Shown: in pieces, positions 15,090 through 23,900 of the stretch
How the letters are laid out: each line of letters opens with the position of its first letter
How positions within the stretch are numbered: position 1 is the first letter of the stretch
IMG/VR virus record: IMGVR_UViG_3300017909_005178
Coordinates: 1 to 25,093 of that record
DNA length: 25,093 nt
From: a virus
Taxonomy: Duplodnaviria > Caudoviricetes
Strand: one strand, 5' to 3'
Translations under genes and position numbers: made by a program
The notes under the pieces: generated by a model
Told to the model about the DNA's origin: nothing
What the model saw: the letters and a program-made list of their open reading frames with translations, nothing else
Database searches by the model: none

Positions 15090-15376
15090 TATACTACCTC
15101 CACCTCACTCAATGGCGTCTCTACCACCTCTGGAACCTCCTCTACAGCGTCCACGGTCTCTTCAGGCACATTTCCTTCCTCAGATTCCTTTTTCGCTTCT
15201 GCTTCCCTGAGCTTGAATTCATCTGATTTCATATATCTCTCCAAAAGTTCATTCATGCGCTCTTGTTGAATTCTCTGCTGTTCCTGCTTAAATTCAATTG
15301 CTTTTTGATGTTGGCGCTCCCTCTTTTCTAGCAAGTCAGGGCGACGTGCTCTTTTTGCTTCTTTACGACTAGACAT
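15089..15376 (-). CDS. Charged protein with basic N-terminus and Glu-rich tail
   Basis: ORF track. Confidence 0.75.
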   Translation of the reverse strand: MSSRKEAKRARRPDLLEKRERQHQKAIEFKQEQQRIQQERMNELLERYMKSDEFKLREAEAKKESEEGNVPEETVDAVEEVPEVVETPLSEVEVV

Positions 15377-15620
15377 GATCCTCCGATTTTGCGTTTGATC
15401 TTGATTTTAAAAATACTAATTCATGCCAATAATAATTTTGACAAATAATTAGTACATGATTTTTTCTATGATATGTTCCAGCATCAAGTTGATGTGGAAG
15501 TTTATCTCTGACTGCTATCTCAATAGTGATATATTCATTCTCATTATCAACATAGTAGACCCAACCTTCTACATTTTTGGCATCCCATCTAACATAATCA
15601 TTGACGATTGGTTTATACAT
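15369..15620 (-). CDS. Conserved phage hypothetical protein (VNDYVRW..EGWVY..YITIE)
   Basis: ORF track; overlapping start and stop with neighbours. Confidence 0.8.
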   Translation of the reverse strand: MYKPIVNDYVRWDAKNVEGWVYYVDNENEYITIEIAVRDKLPHQLDAGTYHRKNHVLIICQNYYWHELVFLKSRSNAKSEDHV

Positions 15621-15921
15621 ATGCCAACTCCAATGGGGTCAAATTCAATTGCATAGCAGTGTAAGGACGAGTATCTGAGATGTCTACCTTATTTCCACAC
15701 TTGGTGGAGCTAATAGGCGCTGAATACTCTCCCTGCTTTGTGTTGTAAAATCCCCAGATCGTCTTTGGTTTGTCATTAGTGTAACTAAAATTACCATGAT
15801 TGACAAGCCATATACTAATAATATTGCGTTTAAAATCTTTGACCTCATAGGTGTAACCTTCCGGGGGTTGATGGGGGAAATCATCAGGAATACTCAAGTT
15901 CTGGTTGCATTGGGTAGTCAT
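15613..15921 (-). CDS. Conserved phage hypothetical protein (FPHQPPEGY..SIWL..IWGF..PYTAM)
   Basis: 3' part of track ORF 15613..16032; start uncertain. Confidence 0.75.
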   Translation of the reverse strand: MTTQCNQNLSIPDDFPHQPPEGYTYEVKDFKRNIISIWLVNHGNFSYTNDKPKTIWGFYNTKQGEYSAPISSTKCGNKVDISDTRPYTAMQLNLTPLELAYV

Positions 15922-16174
15922 CGACAGAGAGTGATTCATAATCAGGATACATTGTGGATACAATATATGATGCAAGATCTCGTGTAGGTGATACGACATG
16001 TACCTCCACACGATAATAATTATAATCATCACCAGGAGTATCTTGCATCGCTAATTCTATTTCAACTCTCCAAACATTACCGCGCTTCAGATGATCTTGA
16101 TAATCAATAATAGCATCTGGTTTTACTTTCCATTTACTCATAACATTTTCCTCGGGTTCAAAATTTCCAATCAT
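15884..16174 (-). CDS. Hypothetical protein
   Basis: ORF track; ATGA overlap. Confidence 0.75.
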   Translation of the reverse strand: MIGNFEPEENVMSKWKVKPDAIIDYQDHLKRGNVWRVEIELAMQDTPGDDYNYYRVEVHVVSPTRDLASYIVSTMYPDYESLSVDDYPMQPELEYS

Positions 16175-16410
16175 GTTGTAAACTCCTCAACAATACAAGA
16201 ATCAAGATCTTCTGCCAATTCATAATTCATCGACTTCATAATATTTTCACGAAGCTGACCATAATATTGCTCATTATAGCTTTCGTCTTGCTCAGCAATG
16301 AGATCAAAACATTCCTCATCACTTTCTGCAATTACATTCCAAATACCTCCATATTCAGACGTAGGAAATGGTACAAAATGATTGACAATGTAGAAAAACT
16401 TTGGTGCCAT
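16171..16410 (-). CDS. Conserved phage hypothetical protein (VPFPTSEYGGIWNVIA)
   Basis: ORF track; promoter upstream. Confidence 0.8.
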   Translation of the reverse strand: MAPKFFYIVNHFVPFPTSEYGGIWNVIAESDEECFDLIAEQDESYNEQYYGQLRENIMKSMNYELAEDLDSCIVEEFTT

Positions 16411-16433
16411 TTGCTTCTGTAAATTACCTTTAG

Positions 16434-16462
16434 ATTTTAGTTCAAGATTTAGATTTTGTCAA
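16434..16462 (-). promoter_or_regulatory. sigma70-type promoter TTGACA-N17-TAAAAT
   Basis: Seen directly. Confidence 0.75.
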
Positions 16463-16603
16463 TTGGTTCAATTGACTCTCCAATTCATCTTTAACACTCA
16501 ATAGGCGAAAAAACAAAAAACCCCTACTTCTATTCGGAAGAAGTAGAGAGGTTAATTCGTCTATAAGATGAATTGAAGATCTGAGGCGATCTTCGTCTGT
16601 CAT
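16442..16603 (-). CDS. 53-aa hypothetical protein (MTDEDRLRSS...VKDELESQLNQLTKSKS)
   Basis: Hand translation; ATGA overlap with the upstream gene; not in the ORF track. Confidence 0.65.
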   Translation of the reverse strand: MTDEDRLRSSIHLIDELTSLLLPNRSRGFLFFRLLSVKDELESQLNQLTKSKS

Positions 16604-16758
16604 GATGTGTAAAACTCCATTAGATAGTAGTCAACCGTAATTTCATGTTCTTTACACTCTTGCTCAACTTGCTGCCAAAATTCAGTTGAAACGGATTGGT
16701 CTATCAAATTTTTCAAATCGATATCCTTCTTTGAATGCTTGTCGAATGATTGTGTCAT
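16600..16758 (-). CDS. Small protein (ITVDYYLMEF C-terminus)
   Basis: 3' part of track ORF 16600..16806; start uncertain. Confidence 0.7.
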   Translation of the reverse strand: MTQSFDKHSKKDIDLKNLIDQSVSTEFWQQVEQECKEHEITVDYYLMEFYTS

Positions 16759-16867
16759 AAGAATGCGAAATAAGGGGGATACTTCTATGTAGCAGATAAT
16801 CTTCACAATCCTCTGCTAATGCTTCTTTATGTTCATGTGATAACAAATCTAAATCTGGCATAAACAT
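16682..16867 (-). CDS. Small hypothetical protein (EALAEDCEDYLLHR)
   Basis: AAGGAG SD before ATG 16867; promoter TTGCCA-N17-TACAAT upstream. Confidence 0.75.
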   Translation of the reverse strand: MFMPDLDLLSHEHKEALAEDCEDYLLHRSIPLISHSYDTIIRQAFKEGYRFEKFDRPIRFN

Positions 16868-16914
16868 ATTTTTCTCTCCTTGATTATTGTAGCACATGGG
16901 TTGACCGTTGGCAA

Positions 16915-17106
16915 TCACCCATATAGCGTATCTGAATTTTTCTTGAATTCCTTACGACACTTTTTTACCTCCTTGAGTTCATCCTTAATCATTTGGTATG
17001 CTTCCTCAGCTGAAAGTTTTCTTGCCATTTCCATGGCAGTAATAATTTCAACACGAGTTCCAAAATGCTTAAGTGCCTCTTCAAAACAATTTAGCTCTTC
17101 ATACAT
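16915..17106 (-). CDS. Conserved phage small protein (MYEELNCFEEALKHFGTRV)
   Basis: AAGGAGG SD before ATG 17106. Confidence 0.8.
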   Translation of the reverse strand: MYEELNCFEEALKHFGTRVEIITAMEMARKLSAEEAYQMIKDELKEVKKCRKEFKKNSDTLYG

Positions 17107-17317
17107 TGTCCCCTCCTTGAATATTATATGTAACAGGATGAATATTATTAATTTTTGTTTCCAACCTAGACTCCATTTCATAAATGGATGTTCGGAAATT
17201 AAGATTTTCTTCCTCCAAAACTTCGACGCGATCTTCGAGTTCTAATATGTAGTCTAAGAGACTATCATCATCCCACTTTACCGTGGGTTCAAAAATTTTT
17301 TTAATAATTTTAATCAT
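17099..17317 (-). CDS. Small coiled-coil protein
   Basis: ORF track; heptad pattern LEDRVEVLEEEN. Confidence 0.75.
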   Translation of the reverse strand: MIKIIKKIFEPTVKWDDDSLLDYILELEDRVEVLEEENLNFRTSIYEMESRLETKINNIHPVTYNIQGGDNV

Positions 17318-17327
17318 GGTAAAGGAC

Positions 17328-17492
17328 CTAATATACCTTATTTAACCATTTCTGAATGCCCATTAATGTTGAATAGGGGATCCATGTTGGGTTTTCATCA
17401 TCAAATTGCACCTGAACCTCAGTTACAACAATCTGATGAAATTTGTCATATGTTTTTCTTGTATTTTTTACGAAAGACAAAGGATTTTCCAT
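17328..17492 (-). CDS. Small hypothetical protein (MENPLS..EVQVQF..WIPY)
   Basis: 3' part of track ORF 17328..17540. Confidence 0.7.
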   Translation of the reverse strand: MENPLSFVKNTRKTYDKFHQIVVTEVQVQFDDENPTWIPYSTLMGIQKWLNKVY

Positions 17493-17658
17493 CTTTATGT
17501 TCAATAACGGCATCTTTTTTCTTAATGTTATATCGTTCAATCATTTTTCTCATGTGAGAATCATGTTGGAAATGATATACAGTACCATTATATACCATTC
17601 TCCAAGGAAAAGTTTCATATGGAAATTTTTTTGAATCTTTCATAAGAATTAGTGCCAA
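17446..17658 (-). CDS. Small basic hypothetical protein
   Basis: ORF track. Confidence 0.7.
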   Translation of the reverse strand: MALILMKDSKKFPYETFPWRMVYNGTVYHFQHDSHMRKMIERYNIKKKDAVIEHKDGKSFVFRKKYKKNI

Positions 17659-17846
17659 CGTTTGGTAGCAAGATAATTTAGCACATCAGCACGAACATCC
17701 ATGAGTTCATGGTAACATAACTGATTATGAGCGCATTGACGCAATGCTGGGTCTGGTTTCAAAACAGATTCTACAAAGAGATCCAATCCACGATTCCATT
17801 TATCTTGTTTAGATTCATTATCTGTGATCGAGTTCTGATCTTTCAT
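17649..17846 (-). CDS. Conserved phage small protein (KWNRGLDLF..LRQCAHNQ.CY.ELM)
   Basis: AAGGA SD before ATG 17846; promoter-like GTGCAA-N17-TACAAT upstream. Confidence 0.8.
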   Translation of the reverse strand: MKDQNSITDNESKQDKWNRGLDLFVESVLKPDPALRQCAHNQLCYHELMDVRADVLNYLATKRWH

Positions 17847-17904
17847 GAGATCCTTTTGGTAACAACTACAATTGTAGCACAAAATTGAAAATATTGCACG
17901 GCAT

Positions 17905-17930
17905 AAAAAAAGAGGGGCATATGCCCCTCT
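17905..17930 (-). terminator. Intrinsic terminator of the giant gene
   Basis: AGAGGGGCATATGCCCCTCT palindrome plus T run. Confidence 0.85.
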
Positions 17931-17951
17931 CCGATTAGAAATTTTATGATT

Positions 17952-20900
17952 TTACTCAATACCAATATCTCTAATCGCTTGTACATCAATCACTGGAATT
18001 CTAAGATATCTAGCTTTTCTTGTAGTAGATTCAATTTCAAGCCTCAATCTCTTTTGAGTAAATAAACTTGGTCCATAACTAGAATTCTGATCAGAGATTG
18101 TTGAGTATTGTCCCACTGCATAGTAATCAACAGAATCGTGATCATTATATGGTCCAAACAATTTACGATCATCATAGTATTCATAAACACTTCCTTCAGG
18201 AGTTCCACCAAATCCAAATATCTTCATTACTGTCCGATCATTACTGCCAGCGTAAAATGCAATGGACTTAAGACGATGTCCAAAAAGATTGTGGTTACTC
18301 AATCGCCATCCTATATCATCAACTTCATTTGCAGTTGTGTAACTCTGCATCATATTCCCCTCCAACCATTTTTCATTACCGTCTTTATCCTCAAATACCA
18401 ACATATATTTGAAATCACTCTGACGACTGATTTGATACCATATCCAGAAATAGTAACGGGTTCTGTTATCAGTGTCATCATCATTACCCAGCCATGGCAT
18501 AGATCCTGGAGAGAAGTCATACCAAGTAATGTCCTCGTACCCATAGTTATACCATGTTGTTGGTTCATCTCCAGCTACCTGAGCTGCAGTACGAGTCCAT
18601 CCTGAAGGATATGGGCATCTCTCTTCCTCACTAAGCACAAATTCAAAGTAAGTTCTGAAAGATCCATCAAGCATATTACTTAATCGGTTCAATCCAGTAA
18701 TAGTGTTGGGGCGTGTCCCTCCAAAGTAATCATGATATCCAGGGACAGTATCACCAGATCTAACACTTACCAAATGATCCCCAATATTAGAAACTCCAGT
18801 AGAATTCTTGATCTTAATTTCTGTTGTAGGATCACTATGATCACCTGTCACGATTTCAAGTCCATTTGCATCATAAAACTTCATTTTACCTTCCATACCA
18901 TCAAGTTTGCTGATATATTGATCAAAATCAATATGAATACTATCTCCATTACCAACAAGATTATCCTCACCAAGATCTATCAGGATAGTTCTGCCAATTT
19001 TTTCAAGATAATTTGAATCCATATCACTGACCCACAGATGGCCATAATTCATAGGTTCGAATTTCTTACCAACATTTTCTGTAAGTTTGGAGCTAGTACT
19101 ACCGACCATAGTCGCATTGCCACCAGATCCAGCAATAATTCTACCATTTCCAACATATTCAGCTACAAATGATCTAAACGCATCCTTGCCTAAAGCATAC
19201 TTAGTATGATCTCCAACGCCAGTTGAAGCGACATCGTTCATAACTTCCCAACTTCCACCATAATTTCTAGATAATGCGACAATAGCGTAACCAGGCGAAC
19301 CAGATTTTGATGTTGCAATAACATATCCTGGGAGATCTGACAATTCAGTCAATTCCATAGCATCTATAAGAATACTATTTGGTATAGATTTCTGATCTGA
19401 ACCCGATAATGGGAAAGTTGTTGGATCGGAGTAACGATATATACGCCCACTGCTGGTTCCAGGTGATCCACCTTGAGAAATTAGAATTGTACCGTTATCC
19501 AGCTGAATCATGCTATCTATGAAAGGAGCATGGGAATTATTAGAAAGTTCTCCACTATGCAATGCATAAACATCTGTTGGTCTTTCTTCTGTCCAAGTAA
19601 GACCCTCATCTGAAGATCTATGTAATACCGGAGAATAGTCATTACCTGGAGCCCATGATCCCTCATAGGATGCCATCCACCATTCACCATTGATCTCATT
19701 AATAGAGAATGATCTAATACCTATAGAATTTGATGCAAAATCATCATTTTTATATTTGATTGGAGTCCAAGTTTGACCATAATCAGTAGATCTAACAAGC
19801 AATCCAGCACGATAAGTTTGCTCATAATATGCACGAGGTCCATGAACAGTATGCTCACCAACTCCAGCAAGAACTACACCATTTCCAAGGTGTCTGATTG
19901 CTTTAATCTGTTTCATCCATTCTACATAGACACCTCCATATTCAATAGTATCGGGAGGAGTATTCACTGGAGCAATTGGTTCAACAATAGACCAAGTTAA
20001 TCCATAATCCTCAGTTCTCAACATATATGGAATCATATCCATATAATCATGTCTTTGACTATCGTTACCGACAGCAATGAGTGCCTTACCGCCTCCCAGA
20101 TCTTCACATGCAGTATACATGAAAGGTATATATGCTGTCTTAACCATATCATCAGCGACAGGATGTCCAAGTTCAGCTGCTGGATCCATTACACTCCAAG
20201 TAGTACCATAATCATCTGATCTAAACAGCCTTCTAGAATTAAGGTTAGCATTTGATATTCCGCTGCTATCCATGTCACCAGATCCGGCAAGAATTACGCC
20301 ATTTCCAATATGCTTAATAAAGTAGAATTTTTCAATCTGCTGGGTAGCAACCTTGACCCAATTTCGTGCAAGTTCATTGTCTTTTTTCTTGGTTCCAACA
20401 AGTCGAACAGAATCGCCAACACTGAAAGTTCCAGTTGTATCATACACATTCATGTAGTCAGAACCAGAACCGCCACCATCTGCTAAGTTAGCACGAACGC
20501 TATAGATCGTTCCAGATGCAGTTCCTTGCATATTTTGCACTCTTTCGCCATCTCTAAAGTGACGAACAATTGTTTCATCTGGCTCGGGATCAAGATAATC
20601 AGTGCCATTAGTTGTAGGACGATGGTTCTCGAATTGGATTTTATAAAGTTGTGTTCCATTTACAGTAGACGGAGAAAGAACCGTAGTAACGCTGTTAATA
20701 GCAGTAGTCGCTGGAGTATACTCTTCCATATCAGTTGGTCTATCTGTCAATTGATGTCTATGTGTAGATAAGAACAAACTAATTGATGGAGAAGTGTCAA
20801 GAGTCATATCAGAAACATTTGCACTATCTGCACCTTCCACGATTTCACTTACAGTAGCTTCATCAGCAATACTAAATGTTTCAGGCGCTAATCTGTATAT

Positions 20901-23900
20901 CTTATAATATCCTCCGGTGCCTCTAGAACTATCATATCCCTGATATCCACCAACAACAAGTACGCCATCTTTATATGCGACAGCTGAACCAAATCTGGGA
21001 ACAACGCTACTAGAGATGCCATCAAGTTCAGTACCAGATGGTTGCCATGCATCGGCACTATTAATTATTGTACCGTAACTTGGGCGATTTCCATCAACAT
21101 CATATGAGTATAAACCACCAGCATTAGCAACAGAAGTTCCAGATGAATCTGTTCCCGCTGCATAAGCATGGCCTGACCAAAATCTGCCATAAGCGTGAAT
21201 ACCACTGTATCCAAAGAGTGAATTAGCAACCCTATGAGGTGGTCCCCACAGCATAACATCATCTGTAGAATTAGGATCATATGTTCCATTCTTGATTGAG
21301 TTAATGTTAAATACATGAATAACACCACCCATACTTACGCCAGTCTCGTGAGCTTCACTTTGACCAACAATCATATATTCACCATCAATACTAATCGACT
21401 GTCCAAATTTATCATAAGCGACCCGAAGATTTGAATTATTATATGGATATACTGTAGTAATGAAGTTTCCTTCAAGATCATAAACTTGTACAACATCATA
21501 TTCGGTAACTGCAATTACTCCACATCCTATTGCAATGTCCAGACCAAAGTAGGAATTGTGAATTTGTTGCCTGTTGTCAATATTAAACTTCCATTCTAAA
21601 GTTTCGGCGTCATAAACACACACTATTCCTTTTACTGTCTTGCTAGAATCGGGATTTACTTGACCATTTGCTTTAACTGCAACTAATCCATGTCCTGTAG
21701 CTATATTCGCCCCAAAGTAGGAAAGGTGTGAGCGGTTTGCGATAGGTATTCCACCGGGACCATTGAGTTTTACAAAATCACCTTGACGGAGCATTCCACT
21801 ATTCCGATAATCACTACTTGACACTCCCATATATTCTCTATTAGATGTATATGATGGTACTGTCACTGGAGTTTTAGACAAATTATAAACATGCACTGCA
21901 CCATATTGGGCATTAGAGTTACCATGTTTAGATTCTCCAATAAACAACTTACCTTTGTAAATAGATAAAGCAGATCCAAATAATTGATTGTTATATGTAA
22001 GACCATATGGGGCAAAAGCTGACCATTGGAATTCTCCATCATAATTATATACAGATATCATACCCCTGCTACTATTCTGACTAGTGCTGCCCAAAACAAT
22101 GTATCCTTCACCAACAACAACTCGCGATGGAGATGTGATATCATAATCAGTTAGAGTAGAAGATGAAATCTTCACAGAGTTTTCAATAACATCAGCATAT
22201 TCATATCTACCATAAGATCCTCTGATCTCATTGCCATCAACTTTCAAATAATATACTTGATCTCCAAATATTATTTGCTGAGCATTTTCTCCAGCCGATG
22301 TAGATGTGTAGTAAAGTGGATAATATCCCTCAACAGCCATTGGTTCGATATCTGATGTTTGAGGATTATAATCCCCAAGCCAAACTTTTAAACCATTGGT
22401 AGCATAATAATATAAAGCACCATCAATAGCTACTGTCCCAACTCCACCAAATCCAGATGCCTTTGCTGTTGCATGAGTCAGATTCATTGGATAATATCCA
22501 TTAACATTTAATGGAGTTACATCTGATGTTGAAGCATCATAATCTCCTGTCCATGTTGTATATGGCACTCCAGTTGGCATATAGTAAGTGACATTATTTA
22601 ACGTATAGTGCTGAGTAGTGGCCTCTACATCCGAGCCTACGAGAGCATGAGCTGTCAAAGCTTCAGTCTTTGCACCCAATTCTGATTTAAATACTGGATA
22701 GTAACCACTTACGGCAAGTGGAGTAGAATCGGAATAACCACCATTACTCCAAGTCTCATATGAAACATTTGCTGGCATAAAGTAAGTGAGATTATTAACC
22801 TCTACTCTTTCAACTCCAGGATTATTACTAAATGCTTGACTTGCAGCCAATGCACCACTAGAAGTTAAGTAGAGCGGATAATGACCATCAATAACAAGAG
22901 GTCCAGTTTCAGCTGTTGCTGGATCATAATCTCCATCCCAAGTTGTAATTCCACCAGGAACAAAGTATCCAATTCCATCACTAGCTGTATATACTGAAGT
23001 CTCAGCACCTGCTTGACCTGCTTCTAATGCACTAGATTGAAGTACATATAATGGATAGTGTCCATCCATAGCAAAAGGTCCAGTTTCAGCTGTCGCTGGA
23101 TCAAAATCTCCCTGCCATGTTTTAAATGTAACATTATTTGGTTGGAACCAATATTGTCCCCCAAGTTCTATCATGGTAGAAGTTTTTGTTGGAGAAACAT
23201 CATTTGAATCTGGCTCAAATGAATATACAGGATAGTATCCCTCAACTGCCTGAGGTTCTCCAGCAAACACTGCATTGAAGGAATATCTAAAGAGCTTATG
23301 ATCTACAGTTGCTGCCCATATGTATTTCATCTCATGGTCCATATCCCAAGAGCCAACAAATCCAAACTTAACACCATTACGTGCATCTACAGTAGAATTT
23401 GGGTTAATTGCCCATACTTTATTATCATCACCATACTTAATATCCATACTAAAATATGGACTACTGTAAGTCACTGCCCAATCCCACAGGTATATTGCAC
23501 CACAACCAGAGATATAGGTGCCATCTGCTAATGATCCATTTGCATCACCTTTCCCTGTGGCAGCAATTCCTGATTGTTTGCCAAACATCTTCACAGTACC
23601 ATATGAAGGGGTTTGTTGGTAATATAATGTGCTTAGAGATTTTGCAGCTCTACTAGATGGTGAATGATAATTGTCAACCCTAAACAGATAAGCATCCTGA
23701 TAATATCTTTCATATAGATTACTATAGTAATCGAAGTTAAAGTTAACTAAGTAGCGATTACCATATTCATCCTCCTTGAAGAACATATTTCCTTTATAGT
23801 GCTGATAACGAGCACCGTTACTAGTTGTTTCACCACTAAGATCAGGTCCATAGAATCTAATTCTACCATATCTATAGTTATATGGTTCAGCAGCCGCAAA

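Noticed and set aside
13679-15269. + strand ORFs 13679..13888, 14923..15210 and 15054..15269 (TLKVTLKV / DAEGDAEG peptides)
   Set aside because: These are by-products of the DNA repeats and lie antisense to better-supported genes.
22899-23111. Near-identical 36-bp pair as a DGR template/variable repeat
   Set aside because: Short in-frame domain duplication with only two differences, and no reverse transcriptase in the window.
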